Source: the human T2T-CHM13v2.0 reference genome, Homo sapiens
Assembly (NCBI RefSeq): GCF_009914755.1
Contig: NC_060939.1
Length of the DNA stretch: 64,000 bases
Strand: one strand, 5' to 3'
In this document: in pieces, positions 25,961 through 41,399 of the stretch
How positions within the stretch are numbered: position 1 is the stretch's first letter
Layout: every line of letters begins with the position of its first letter
Position numbers and translations under genes: made by a program
The notes under the pieces: generated by a model
The model's database searches: none
What the model was told of the DNA's origin: nothing
What the model saw: only the letters and a program-made list of their open reading frames with translations

Positions 25961-26825
25961 GTTTTTCAAACATCAATTATTGCATTGTAAAAACCTCAGT
26001 GACAGGAGTATATGGAATCCTCAGGATTGATCACAGTGTTCTGCTTGATGTTTGCACCTGGGAAAATGCTTGTGGTTGATTTTAACCACTCTGAAACAAC
26101 AGCTCAGGGAAGGACAGCGCAGAAGAGGGAAAATCTTGATAGCTCCTTGCCATTAACCACTTGCTTTCACTACCTATTGAAATCACCAGCTTTAATCGCT
26201 TCCTGCAGCAAATTCCTGGAGAGAAGAGACTAAAAAAAGTGAGAAAACGTGTCTAGAAGTGCCATCTTGGATGATTTTAGGTTATTAAATAACAGCCTTA
26301 CAGAGGGGTTGACTGTCATGATTTTATTGCCGATTCCATCCTTGGTTATATTTCCCGAAGTTTTAAAATCATCTTTCCCCTGCATTTGTAGAATTATCTG
26401 AAATGGCTTGTTAAAAGTATACAATGACTATTAAAGGATGTCATTTTAAAAGGCAAATAGGTATCTGTCTGGATACTCAAATGGTATCTGCTTAATGATC
26501 TAAGAAATTGCTAAGCTGTTTTTTTAAAGTGGCTGTAATATTTTGTACTCCTACTAGCATAGAATAATTCCAGTTGCACCACATCTCTACCAGCACTTGA
26601 TATTGTCAGTCATTTTAATTTTAGCCACTCTAGCTGTGTGTAGTGGTATATCATTGTGATTTTATTTGCATTTTCCTAACAACTAATGATACTTGGCATA
26701 TTTTTATGTACTTATTTGCTGTTTGTATATGTTCTTTAGGTGAAGTGTCTATTCAAATCTTTTACCTATTTTGAAAATCAAGTCGTCTTATTTTTAGTGT
26801 GTTGTAAGAGTTTTTTAAATATTCT

Positions 26826-27018
26826 CAGGTGTTGGCAAACTTTTTGTTTAGGAGTCAGATAGTAAATATGTTAGGGTTATAGGTCATAAGGTCTGGATTG
26901 CAACTACATAACTCTGATATTTTAACTTGAAAGAAGCCACAGATAATACAGATAATAAACTTCTGACAAAGATGGGGGCGGGGGTGGGGGCGGAGGGGCT
27001 GTAATTTGCTAACCTCTG
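26826..27018. mobile_element. MER58A (hAT-Charlie MITE)
   Basis: TIRs caggtgttggcaaact / aatttgctaacctctg; cagatagtaaatat motif. Confidence 0.8.
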
Positions 27019-28679
27019 TTCTGGATACAAGTTCTTCATTAGATATGTTTTCAGCAAATATTTTCTTTTAGTCTGTAACCTTTTAAAAGTTTTGTTACTA
27101 ATATCTTTTGAAGAGTAAAAGTTTTTATTTTTATGAAGTTAAGTTTATCAGTGTTTCTTTTATGGATTGTGCTTTTTTGGTCTTAGAAAATCTTGGCTAA
27201 CCCAAGGCCATAAAGGTTTGGTTTTGTTTTTTCTTGTGGTTTATTCTAAGAGTTTTATAGTTTTAAGTTTTACATTTAGGTCTATGATCTATTAGATCAT
27301 ATTGATTTTTTAATTAATATTTTTGTGTGTATTTTATAAGGTAATATTAATATAAGGTAATGTTATAAGATTTTTTGTGGATGTAATAAGGTGTCAAGTT
27401 TCTTTTTTTTGTTTTACATATAAATATTCAATTGTTTCCAACTATTTGTTGAAAAGACTGTTCTTTCCACATTGAATTGCTTTGACAACTTTGTCAAAAA
27501 TCAGTTGGCTAAATATGTGTAGGTCTGCTTCTTTAAAACGATATTCTAGTCTCTGGTGTGGCTTTATAATATATCTTGAAGTCAAGGAAGTCTCAAACTT
27601 TATGTTTTCTTTATCAAAACTGTAGCTATTTTAGGTCCTTTGTATTTCCAAATAAGTTTTAGAATCTTTTTTTTTTTAAAAAAAGCAACAAATGCAAAAC
27701 AGCTGCTAGGACTTTATAGGGATTGTGTTGAATACCAACTTGTGGGAGAATCAACATTTTAACATTATTGAGACTTCCAATCCATGAGGATCAGAAGTTT
27801 TACTCTATTTATTTAAGTTTAAAAAAATTTATCTAATCAATGTTTTATAGTTTTTGATGTACAAATTTAATTTTTTTGCCAAATGTATCCCTATTTTACA
27901 TCTTTTAATGGTATTTTAATTCTCAGTTGTTGACTCCTATTATATAGAAGAAATACAATTGGTTTTGCATATTGACCTTGCATCACACAATCTTATACTC
28001 ACTTGGTTCTAGTAGCTTTTTTTTTTTGTAGATTCCTTAGGCTAGTCTACATAGATGTTCATGTCATTTGCACCATAGTGTTTTACCTCTTCTTTTCCAA
28101 TCTGTATGCTTTTTCTTCTCTCCCTTCTTTCTCTTTCCTCTTCTGTTATTTCTTCTTCTCTGTACCTTAATGTTCTGGCTAGGGCATCTAGTATAACATT
28201 GAATAGAACTGGTGACAGCAGACACCTCTGTCTCCCTCTAGATGTTAGGAGGAAACATTCAGTCTTTCACTATGAAGTAGAATGCTAGCTATATGTTTTT
28301 ATAGACACTCTTTATCAGAAAATTTCTTTCTATTTCTGTTTTGCTGAGAGCTTTTCATCACAAATAAATGTTGGTCTATTTCAAATGCTTTGCCACATCT
28401 ATTAGGATGGTCACATGACCTATTTTTATTTGTCTGTTAATATGGCAAATTATATTGACTGACTTTTGATACAACTTGGCATTACTAGGATAAATTCCAC
28501 TTGGTCATGATGTATTTTTGAAAATATATTACTGGATTCAATTTGCCAATATTCTCTTAAGAATATTTGCATCTATGTTTATGATTTTTCATTTTCATTT
28601 CTGTATTTTTAATTTTTTTTGTGATGTCTTCATCTGGTTTATGTTAGGAAAATACTGGCTTCATGAAATGGCTTGGAAG

Positions 28680-28955
28680 ATTTGGAGGCAACCTAAATGT
28701 CCATCAACAGATGAATGGATAAAGAACAACAGGGTGACTAAAGTCAATAATAATTTAATTATACATTTAAAAATAACTAAAAGAGTGTAATTGGATTGTT
28801 TGTAACACAAAAGATAAATGTTTGAGGGAATGAATACATGAAGCGATTATTTGCATGATGTGATTATTTGCATTGCAGGCCTGTAACAAAATATCTTATG
28901 TACCCCATAAATATACACACCTACTATGTACCCACAAAAATTAAAAATTTTTAAA
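28680..28955 (+). mobile_element. L1MA2/3-like 3' end with an internal deletion
   Basis: gatgaatggataaagaa fused to caacagggtgact; TSD aaatggcttggaag / aaatgacttgggaag. Confidence 0.85.
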
Positions 28956-29634
28956 AAATGACTTGGGAAGTTTGTCTCCTCTATTTCCTGAAGAAGTTTG
29001 GGAAGGATTGGTATTATTTCTTCTTTAAATGTTTGGTAGAATACATCAGTGTAGCTATTTGGCTGGAGTTTTACTTGTGGGACAGTTTTGATGTAAGAAT
29101 TCAATTTCTTTAACAGATACAGAACTACTCTGGTTATTCCTTCTTTTTGAGTGAGCTTTGATAGTTTGTGGATTAAATGGCAAATATTCATTTTCTTTGT
29201 CAGATGTATTGGCATAAAGTTGCTTATATAACCCCTTATTATCCTTTAAATAACTATATGATCTGTAGTAATGACTCCTCTTTCATTCTTGATATTGGCA
29301 ATTTGTGTTTTTCTTAATCAGTAAGACTGACTAGACGTTTATCAGTTTTTAAAATTGATCTTAAGAAAGTGTCTGATTTTGTTTTTTTCAATTTCTACGT
29401 TTTTCTGTTTCATTGATTTCTGCTCTTATCCTTATTTACTTTATTCTAATTATTTGGGTTAAATTTACTCTTATTTTCTAGTTGATTTAGTTGGAGATTT
29501 AAATTACCTGAGACCTTCCTTCCTAATACAGACATTTAGTGCTATAAATTTTCTTCTAAGCACTGTTTTATCTCTATCCCCAAAATTTTGTGATGCTGTG
29601 TTTTCATTTTCCTTCATCTCAAAATACATATATA

Positions 29635-29965
29635 TATTTTAGATTTTTAGGTTCGTGAGTACATGTGCACATTTATTATATAGGTAAATTGCATGTCACA
29701 AGGGTTTGGTGTACAGACTATTTCATCACCCAGGTGATAAACCTGATACGTAGTTTTTCAGTCCTCACCCTCCTCCCATCCTCCATCCTCAAGGAGGCCC
29801 CAATGTCTATTGCTCTCTTCTTTGTGCCCATGTGTACTTAATGGTTAGCTTCCATTTATAAGTGAGAACATGTGGCATTTGGTTTTCTGTTCTTGTGTTA
29901 GTTAGTTTAGGATAATGGTCTCCAGTTCCACCCATGCTGCTGCAAAGGACATGATCTCTTTTATG
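29635..29965 (-). mobile_element. L1PA15/16-like 3' end
   Basis: gtacatgtgc...ggtttggtgtacagactatttcatcacccagg; ataagtgagaacatg. Confidence 0.85.
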
Positions 29966-30442
29966 ACATGGTGTCCCTTGTAATTTCTTTTTTAACACAA
30001 GCAGTTGTTGAGAAAAGTTTTAGTTGTTTTAAAAATATTGAGTTTTTAAAAGATATCTTTCTGTTATTATCTCTAGTTCTATTTTGGTCAGAAACATGAT
30101 TTGTATCATTTTACTTCTCTTAAATTGGTTGAAATTAGTTTCATGGTACAAGATACAGCCTATTTTGATGAACACTCCATGTGTAGTTGAAAAGAATGAA
30201 TATTTTATGGTCATTGATGGACTACTTAATAAATGTAAATTTGGCCTACTTGATTGATAATAATGTTTAAGCATTCTATTACCTCATTGATGTTTTTATT
30301 TATTAATTACTGAGAAAGAAGTATTGAAAGTGACAACTATATTGTGGATGTGTCTGTTTCTCCTTTCGGTTCTCTCAGTTTTTGCTTCATGTATTTTGAA
30401 GCTCTGTTACTGAGTGCATGTATATTTCGGATTGTTATGTAC

Positions 30443-31097
<655 letters not shown>

Positions 31098-32231
31098 AAG
31101 ACTTTTTAAATTATTATAAAAGTCCCTTTTTTGTTGGCAATATTTCTCATTCTAAAATATTTTCCCTGTTTCCTTTTTTACTTTGATTAGTGTGTTTTTG
31201 TATTTTATCACTTTTAACGTATTTGTATCTTTTAAAATTATCTTTCATTGCCTTCATTATGCTAATTTTTTCCTTTATCTTCTTAATTATATACAGTATA
31301 TTTATAATGCCATTTTAATGTTCTTGTATGTAGTTCCATTGGTTCAATCATTTATTGATCTACTTATAATTTTTTTTTTGTTTTGGCTGGCTGTAGGTCA
31401 AAATTCTCTACCACATTGCATGCCTCATAATTTTTGATTGGATAGTTGGCGTTGTAATTTTACGTTGTTTTTTATTTTATTGATTGCTGAATTTTGTTGT
31501 TTTTATTTAAATAATTATGGATTCTATTCTGATGTGCAATTAATTTACTCGGAATCAGTTGGATCTTTTTGAATTTTGCTTTTAAGCATTGTTATTGTGG
31601 GTCTAGATTATTATTTTGTTGAGCACCAAGTTAGCTCACTGCTATGGTGATATTCTTCTACATGATGTACCTTGTGCTGTAATAAATATCTTTACACTGC
31701 GACTGGTAGGAACATAAATGATTCCAATCTGTGTGTGGACTTCTGGAATTGCTCTTCATACTCTTTTCCATTGATTCTTTCCCTGTCTCACATGTGCTTC
31801 TTTACTTAGCCAAAGACTGTAGGGAACTCCTTGTAGAAATCTGGAGTTCTTCCTCTTGCATATCCCTTATTTTTGTTTTCTGTATCACAAATTCTAGGTG
31901 ACTTTGTCTTCTGATCTCCAGTCTCCATCTTCTCAACTCAAGGAGATTGCTGGGCTTTGTGTTTTCACTCCTTGCACTGTGGCCTGAAATCACTCTCAAA
32001 CAGTAAACTGGTAAAGTTGAAGGGCTCATCTTATTTGCTTTTCTTCTCTTGGGGATCACTACACTGCTACTTTGTTGTTTAATATCTGAAAACTGTGGTT
32101 TCATATATTTTGTCCAGGTTTTTGGGTCTTTAGTTGGGAATATAAATCAGTTCCTATTACTGTCTCTTGATGTCTTTATTTGATTTAATCCTAAAAATTA
32201 TCTTCTTTTTAAAGTTAATTCCTATTCTTAG

Positions 32232-32895
<664 letters not shown>

Positions 32896-33293
32896 AAAGC
32901 GCTGTCCTTTTAATTGTGTTTTTCTTTGGGTCCATCCTGGCTCTGTGGTGTCCTGGTATCTGAATTATGCCTGGATCTCTTTTTCAGCAGCTGCAGCTTG
33001 AGGTATTTCTTATGGAAAATTGCACTGCTCTTTGGTAAATCCAGAAATTACCTCAATATCAAGTCTCTCATATTTCCAAAGTTCTGAAGAGCTGTCAGGA
33101 TACTTGGAATCTACTAAACTAAATATTTGCAATCTAAGTACATATTGCCTTGTGCGCATGTATTTCCCAAGCAAAGCAGTGTTTCCAGTACTAAGCAGAT
33201 ATCTTTGACTCTAACTCCAATTTGCTATCAACCAGATACCACCATAGAGATGCAGTATATTTGGGGGAATCAAATAAATAGAGAAAACAAATA

Positions 33294-33363
33294 AGGGAGG
33301 GAGGGACAAATGGCGGGGGGCGGTGGGGAGAGATAGAGGAGGGGAGGGAGGGAGGGAGCGAAG

Positions 33364-33396
<33 letters not shown>
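33294..33396. repeat. G/A-rich tract with (GGGA)n and (GA)n
   Basis: ggggagggagggaggg at 33341-33356; (GA)n at about 33366-33396. Confidence 0.95.
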
Positions 33397-33400
<4 letters not shown>

Positions 33401-33774
33401 AGTTTCTCCAAAGGGCCAGGCTAATTGGTACCCATTGTCTAGTGTACTGCTGTTGAATTTAAGGTTCAAATGGAATAGGTCTTCTGACAAAAGACTCTTA
33501 CACTATAAAATGATCGTGTTTGGTGGGGAGAGAGAGGGGAGAGGAAAATATGTATAACTCTGAAACATCCCCTTCTTTCAATAACATTTCTAAGTTTGAG
33601 ATGATAGGATCCCCTTCTCTAGGTCTTTTTGACGCCTTTCTTCCATTTAGTGTCCAGGTCACGTGCTGTGAACTTCCAAAAGAGGGAAACCAAGATGTTT
33701 TATATCCATTTTGGACTCTGCATTCATGCTATTTCTTTCCAGAACCTACACTTTTGAGATCCAGGGTCATACCC

Positions 33775-34191
33775 TGTAAGAGATTCTATTGGTGCACCCT
33801 CCATATCCTCGTGGGCCTTAGCTTTGTGGTTACTCCCTATCTTACTTCTGTTAGCAAGTGCCTTTCTTTACTGGAGGGCTGTCTAAAGCAGCTGGAGTGC
33901 ACTGCTTGTGCCCAAGCTAGGCTAGAAGTGCCACAGAATTAATGTCCCATAATCAGCTCTTAATCAATGTCTTAGCGGGATATCTCTGAATTGTCTGTAC
34001 TGCATGGATATCTAGAGTTTCCCAGTGGGATGAAGCTGTAGTTGCCCACAGTGGTAGCTGGCTTGATACGTTCCTTTTTCTGTTTCATTCCCACTTCCCT
34101 GCCATGGTTTATTGGATCACCTTCCAAATAAATGACTTGTTCTCTATTCCTTGTCTCATGATCTATTCCTGGGAGAATCTAAATTAAGATA
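33775..34191 (+). mobile_element. LTR16C-like (ERVL) solo LTR
   Basis: cccagtgggatgaagctgtagttgcccacagtggta; ccaaataaatgacttg...ccttgtctca...taagata. Confidence 0.75.
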
Positions 34192-34583
34192 CCCCTACTT
34201 TCTGGCAAGCAAGCTACTTCCTTATTACCTCACAGATGACAAGAATTCTATAAGTAAAATTTACAGCTTTGCATTCCTAGCAGTGATAGTCCCCAACCCT
34301 CACTGAATACTGAAGAAAGAAGGAAAACAAATACAGGATAGTGAATGCCCTGCCTCCTACTATTTCTCCATACTGTTAGGCCCAAAGTGAACTTCCCTAT
34401 GTGAGCTGAGCCTCCCACACTCCAGAAATGAATTTCTATCCCCAATTAAGTCCAAGACCTATTGTTCCAAGTGGGATCAGATACATAATTGCTGTCGTAA
34501 TTTGTACCTCAGAAGTGAACCTGCCTTAGCCCCTAAGATGAATTCTTATCCTCACCAAGATGACTTCTAGAATCAGTAATTGA

Positions 34584-34949
<366 letters not shown>

Positions 34950-35953
34950 TGAGTGAATGTGTCTCCTGTATCCATCACCCTTCTGCATATCCCCACCTCC
35001 AACTGCTTTACTGCCCCAGGTGTCAGTCTAGGAGATTTATCTGAGATCTCTACGAGCTGCTACAGTGATGGCTGCCGCCCCGTCCCCAAGAATGTCTGCT
35101 TTGGGTCCTCTTCTATGAAAGCAACTGTCTAGTTTGTAGCCACAGCTACACTCTCAAGTGATTTCTTACTTTGGCAAATTGGCCTTAACTAAGACAGAAC
35201 TATAAAGACTATTAATCTAGAGATTTCTGCTGGGCCTCTATGCCTTCTTGTCTCTGAGACCCCCACTCTGGCAGAATCCCTCCTGCCAGTGGAAAGATAT
35301 TTTAGACTATTCCTTTTAGAGCAGTCACATGAAGAAGTGGGTTCTAGGAGACTGAAGCAACCTTAAAAGCGGGGGGATAAAAGAGCCTTCTACATGGAAA
35401 ACAAACTTATCTCTGCTTCACAGAAAACTCCACCTGCTGTGTCTGATTGCTTTTCTGAATATTGATTATATAATGTTCTTAGGTCCACCTTGAGGAGGGC
35501 ATGAGGTTAGTTTGGGCAACCAGATTGATTGAAAATCAATACCTTTTCTTGTTCAAAATATATCAGATAAAACATGAACCAATCTTCATTTTACCAAAGA
35601 AATGGCTAAACTGAAGAAAGACAAACAGAAGACCCAGGATTCTTGCAGCCATTTGGAATGAGTACAGAATTTGTTACTGGGTAGTGGGTACAATGTTTTT
35701 GCTGTAGTCTGGAAGACCAGCCTGACAGGACTGCATTTTAGAATATATGGATATACCGGTGAGTTAGAAGATAACTAAAGGAATAGGAGAGAAAATAGAA
35801 GACCAGGAGGCAATAGGGAAGAGGGAGAGGAGGAGGTACAGACTTAAAGAGAAAAATTCCATGTGGTTACATGTGAGATTATGTTTGAGAGAGAGCATAG
35901 ACGAGTAGTCAAGGAAATACGTCAGGAAGTGGAGAGGCAGGAGATGGACTAGG

Positions 35954-36163
35954 CAGGGGTCAGCGGCTGCAGGCCACATCTGATCTGCTGCCTGTTTTTG
36001 TTAATATTATTGTTTATCAGAACATAGGCAGGCTCTTTGGTTTATGGATCATCTATAGCTGCTTTAGTGCTACAACGGCAGAGTTGAGTAGTTGTGACAG
36101 AGATGATATATGGCCTGTAAAGCCTAAAATATGTACTTTTATGTAAAAGATTGTCAACACCTG
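35954..36163. mobile_element. MER58A
   Basis: TIRs caggggtcagc / gtcaacacctg; ctacaacggcagagttgagtagttgtgacagaga core; ctag-centred flanks. Confidence 0.85.
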
Positions 36164-36247
36164 AACTAGAAAGGCGGAGGGTAAAGTAGGAGAAATCAGC
36201 TGGTTAATAAAATAGTCATAAGTGACCAGTTGCCAATGAAAATTCCT

Positions 36248-36833
36248 ATAGTGGGTGTTGTGGGTGTCCCACTCAGATCCCCCAGCTGCTGTTGAATGTT
36301 GATAATTATCACAGATATCCCCTATTGAGAACTGACTTTGGCTAATGACTTTGTTTTTATTTTTATTTTTATTTTTTTGAGACAGAGTTTCTCTCTGTTG
36401 CCCAGGCTAGAGTGCAATGGTGTGATCTCAGCTCACTGTAACCTCTACCTCCTGGGCTTTTAGAGATGGGGTTTTACCGTATTGGTCAGGCTGGTCTTGA
36501 ACTCCTTACCTCAAGTGATCCACCCACCTCAGCCTCCCAAAGTGCTGGGAACACAGGAGTGAGCCATCACACCCAGCCACCTTGGCTAATGACTTTGGCA
36601 AATGTGTACAAAGGCCAGTCTTCTTCCCTCAAGGTGCAACTAACTCTGTGGTGCCATATTTGTCTAGAACTTCCCCAGGGGTCAGGCTGAAGCTGGTCTC
36701 CAGCTTTGCTTTGTTCCCCTTTCCTATTCTGTTTCCCTGATGTCCCTTCTCCTGAAGAAACTTCCCTCAAAAATCAGTTGAATGCACAAGAGTCCGTTTC
36801 TCAGGCCCTGCTTCAGTAGAACCCGTCTTAAGA
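36248..36833 (+). mobile_element. LTR16-family solo LTR interrupted by an Alu
   Basis: gtcccactcagatccccc; ccccaggggtcaggctgaagct; tctcaggccctgcttc...aacccgtcttaaga. Confidence 0.7.
36354..36578 (-). mobile_element. AluS with a central deletion
   Basis: cctcctgggc fused to ttttagagatgggg; TSD ttggctaatgactttg at 36338-36353 and 36582-36597. Confidence 0.9.
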
Positions 36834-37389
36834 TGGTACTATTTAACGTCAAACTGTGCACTTAGCCAAGATTTTAATAGAAATGAATGCAAAGCACAAA
36901 AGGCTACCCGAAAATCCATGTTTTTATAGAAAATATGATCATTAAAATTGTCACTAATCAAATTAACTTACCGATTGTGGTCAGAGAAGCATACTAAAGC
37001 AATTTACTGCATCCCATTCTTCTTGGCCACAAGCACTGGATTTGCTTCAGCATACAGCAGACACACACAAGCAGGTTTGAGGCCTTTTGTCATCCATGCG
37101 GGAGCTGCTCCGGGCAACTATCTGTGATTAGGCAGGGAGTCTTTCTAACTAGCAAGGCTAATGCAGATCACTCAAAAATTTCTCTGTGGCATGGAACACT
37201 TGAAGCCCTTGTGTCCTGACCCAACCAAAAAAAAAATGCCTTAAATCTTGAATCAGCAAAGGGGCCTCTGGCCTGTCATTAATATTTTAAGTTTGTGCTA
37301 TTCCTTTTCATTGTCCTGAGTATACTGGGAAGCACAGTACACCGTACATCACATTCATGGCTTCACTCGCTGTGGAAGTCAAGAAAACT

Positions 37390-38050
37390 TGGCAGGTTGT
37401 GGAGAAAAGGGAACGCTTATACACTGTTGGTGGGAGTGTAAATTAGTTCAACCACTGTGGAAAGCAGTATGGCGATTCCTCAAAGAGCTAAAAGCAGAAC
37501 TACCATTCAACCCAGCAATCCCATTACTGGGTATACACCCAGAAGAATATAAGTCATTCTAACATAAAGACACATACATGTGAATGTTCATTGCAGCACT
37601 GTTCACAACAGCAAAGACATGGAATCAACATAAATGCCTATCAATGACAGACAGGGTAAAGAAAATGTAGTACATATATAGCATGAAATAGTATGTGCCA
37701 TAAAAAGAACAAGATCATGTCTTTTGTGGGAATATGAATGAAGCTGGAGGCCATTATCCTTAGCAAACCAACACAGGAACAGAAAACCAAATACTGTAGG
37801 TTCTCACTTACAAGTGGGAGATGAATGATGAAAACTCATGAACATAAAGAAGGGAACCACAGACACTGGAGTCTACTTGAGTGTGGAGGGTGGCAGGAGG
37901 CAGAGGAGCAGAAAAAATAACTATTGGGTACTATGTTTAATACTTGGGTGATGAAATAATCTATACAATAAACCCCTGTGACACGAGTTTACCTACATAA
38001 CAAACCTTCACGTGTACCCCCAAACCTAAAAGTCAAAATAAATAAATCCA
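37390..38050 (+). mobile_element. L1PA15/16-like 3' end
   Basis: ORF2 C-terminal and 3' UTR motifs; aactattgggtacta; A-rich tail. Confidence 0.9.
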
Positions 38051-38210
38051 TAAAAAGAAAAATGAGCAAGAGAATCATTGGCCACAGCAGTGGTTTTCTA
38101 GCTCTGCAGTTTCTTTTTCTCTCACTAGCATATCCTAGGATGACATCCACTAATTCACACAGCCAGGAAGCAGAAGAGTAGAGTTAACATAAACCAAGCT
38201 TTTAGTAGTA

Positions 38211-39416
38211 CCGTCATATGTCACTTACTGATGGGGATATGTTCTGAGAAATGTGTCATCAGGTCATTTTGCCATTGTGTGAACATGATAGAGTGTACTA
38301 ACACAAACCTATATGGGATAGCCTACTATACGTCTTGGCTAGATGGCATAGCCTATTGTTCCTAGACCACAAACCTGTACAGCATGTTACTGTAGTCAAT
38401 ACTGAAGGCAACTTGTAACATAATAGTAAGCATCTGTGTATCTAAACATAGAAAAGGTACGGTAAAAATACAAAATAAAAGATAAAAAATGATACACCTG
38501 TAGAGGGCACTTACCATGAATGGAACTTGCAGGACTAGAACTTGCTCTGGGTGAGTCAGTGAGTGAGCAGTGAGTGAATGTGAAGACCCAGAACATCACT
38601 GTATAATACTGTAGAATATAAATACTATATACTTGGCTACACTTAATTTATACAATAATTTTTCTTTATTCAATGTTATTTTACTGTAACTTTATAAACT
38701 TTTAAAATAACTCTTTGAATCTTTTGTAATAATACTTCACTTAAAATACATTTTGTAGCTGTACTAAAATATATTTTTTCTTTATATTCTTATTCTATAA
38801 GCTTTTCTTCTATTTCTTAAATTTTTTATTTTATATTTTTTCACTTTTTACACTTTTTTTGGTGAAAACTAAGACACAAGCACACACATTAGCCTAGGCC
38901 TATACAGGGTCAGGATCATCAATATCACTGTCTTTCACCTTCACAACCTGTCCCACTGGAAGGTTTTCAGGAATGGTAACATGCATGGAGCTGTCATCTC
39001 CTATGATAACCATGCCTTCCTCTGGAATCCCTTCTGCAGGACCTGCCTGAGGCTGTTTTATAGGTAACTTTTAATTTTTTTTTCAAATAAGTAGAAGGAC
39101 ACTTTAAAATAAGTATAGTATAGTAAATACATAAACCAGTAACATAGTAGTTTATCATCATTGTCAAGTATTATACACTGTACATAGTTGTATGTGCTGT
39201 ACTATTATGTGACTGGCAGCGCAGTAGGTTTACTGACAGCAGCATCACCGCAGACCCGTGAATAATGCATTGTGCTATATGACAGTGTGATGGCTGTGGT
39301 ATCACTAGGGGATAGGATTTTTTCAGCCCCATTATAGTTTTATAGGACTGCCGTTGTATATGCAGTATACATGCAGTCCATTGTTGACTGAAACATTGTC
39401 ATGTGGTGCATGACGC
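38211..39416 (+). mobile_element. Tigger3b-like (Tc1/mariner-pogo) non-autonomous DNA transposon, near full length
   Basis: TA at both ends; degenerate TIRs ccgtcatatgtcact / tgtggtgcatgacgc; ttctgagaaatgtgtc...gtgtactaacacaaaccta; about 1.2 kb. Confidence 0.9.
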
Positions 39417-41399
39417 TATTGGTAAAGTACCCAGAGACTCTTTGGAGAGAGCAGCAGGAACTAAGATCAAAAACATTTTCTTCAGGGCTGCTCAGGCTGA
39501 AATATTTACTTTTTTAAACCACCAATCTGCTTTCAAAATTCTACTAATCATTCAAGGCCCAGTTATAAAGGGCTCTTTTCTTCACATTTGCATAGTTGGC
39601 ATTACTTACAGGTGTATTCATCTATATCTACTTTCCCAGTTAAAACTATCAACTTGTATCAAAGGCTATGTCTAGAAGCAAACAATCACATGCATAAACC
39701 AAGTTCTGAGCCTCATTTATGCATTTAACCACCACACTTTTAACTGATAGTGAGTGACCCTAAAGGCCTGTGTAGTAATTTGGAAAATGCTGAGGCAGGG
39801 TCTAGAACTGATCATGTTGTGAGGTGCTGGGCAGCGGCAAGCCACTTAGCTGCCTGGTAAACCTTGCTGCATCTCAGTGGGATATGACTGTCTGCTATGC
39901 ATTAGCTCCCTTAGCTAGAAATTTTGTTACAGTGAAAAAACAACTTTAATTTGTGTGTGTGTGAGAAAAATATCACTCCAAATAAAGCCAACTGCTTCTG
40001 CTGGTTCAGACAAGGAGGAGTCAGAAGTAGCTTTAAAACCAGAGAGATCCTAGGTTAAGGTCAGCAAAATATGGCATGTGTCTCACCAGCCTTTTCTTTC
40101 AAGCCCATGACAGATATTGGAAGTTGATTAGCTTTTCTTTCCTGCTAAATTCAGCCCCTGCCTCACAAATCTTCTGAGCCTCTCTAGGCAGTCTCCACCA
40201 AGACATCAAATTGGGTACTTAAAATGATACCTGTTACCTATCCTTGAGTTTGTTCAAAGTAATTTCTCTCAAATTGCCTTTCATCCTTTTTTTGCATGAC
40301 CCAGTTCAAACTTTCTGGCCTTATTATGTTCTTTTCCAATTTTAGGTAGCTATGTTTTGATTGCTTTTACTTTTCAATTGACTTATGTTGTTTATGAGAC
40401 ACTACAGCAGCTACTACTATAGCTTAGTTACTAAATTCTGATAGTTGGCACATACACATTTCTCTGGCTTTGTGACAATTTGTGATTAGGCATTTTAAAA
40501 ATTCTGATTGGTTGAAGTTGCTTGTGGTCCAAGTCAGTTTTGCTCACTGACATGTAGCTTTGAATAACTACCCTTGCAGTAGTCATATTGCATGTGTTTT
40601 ATATTACATAAAATTCGTTTTTGTTCTATGAATATCTGACAATCTTTTAGCTCAATTCTATAAATGCAATGTCTCAAAACAGGTTTTCTTTAAAAAGTAG
40701 CTGCAAATATATTTTAACTGATGTTGTATAGTTTGTGCAAATTACACTTAAATAAGTGAACTGGGATTTTGTTCACATATAAATAATTACTATGATTTAG
40801 TCTGAGGCTTGTAGCTTCTTAAGAATTTTGCACCTGTGAGGCTCTAGGTAGATATCTATTCACGTTATGGTGTCTGTGATTCTGGACAAAGTGAAAAAAT
40901 GTTGGTTCTTGGTTGAATTTAACAGTCTAATTTATTCCAAATTATTTTTAGCTAGCATTCTGTCCTTGACCAGAGCTAGCTTTACCATATGCGCTCGATG
41001 GAACAAAAAAAGTGACTCATAAATTTTCAGTGAATGCTTTGGTTCACTCTACAATGGCTCATCAAATAAAAGACAAAACTTTAGTGAATGCTTAACCAGC
41101 AGTTATCTGTGGTTGGGGATAAGCCTAGGAAACTCATGACTGAGTCTCTATGCAAATACAACTTAAAGTCAGAAGGCGGAACAGTCATTTCACTGAAGCA
41201 TGAGGAGTTAAAGGCTTATCTGTCATCACTGAACCACACTTTTGTGGAGTAAATAATATGCTATGGGTTTGTTCATGTGTTGAGGGATTAGCCAAGGTCT
41301 CTACACAGAGCTCTTGTAAGTGGCAAAAATCCGCTATGTTGAGTATTGAGCACTCTGTTAGTTCTTTAGCAAATGAAATAAAATATGGAAATCATTGAT

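Noticed and set aside
41010-41160. AP-1 (TGACTCA near 41013) plus octamer (ATGCAAAT 41150-41157)
   Set aside because: Isolated short motifs; not enough to call a regulatory element.
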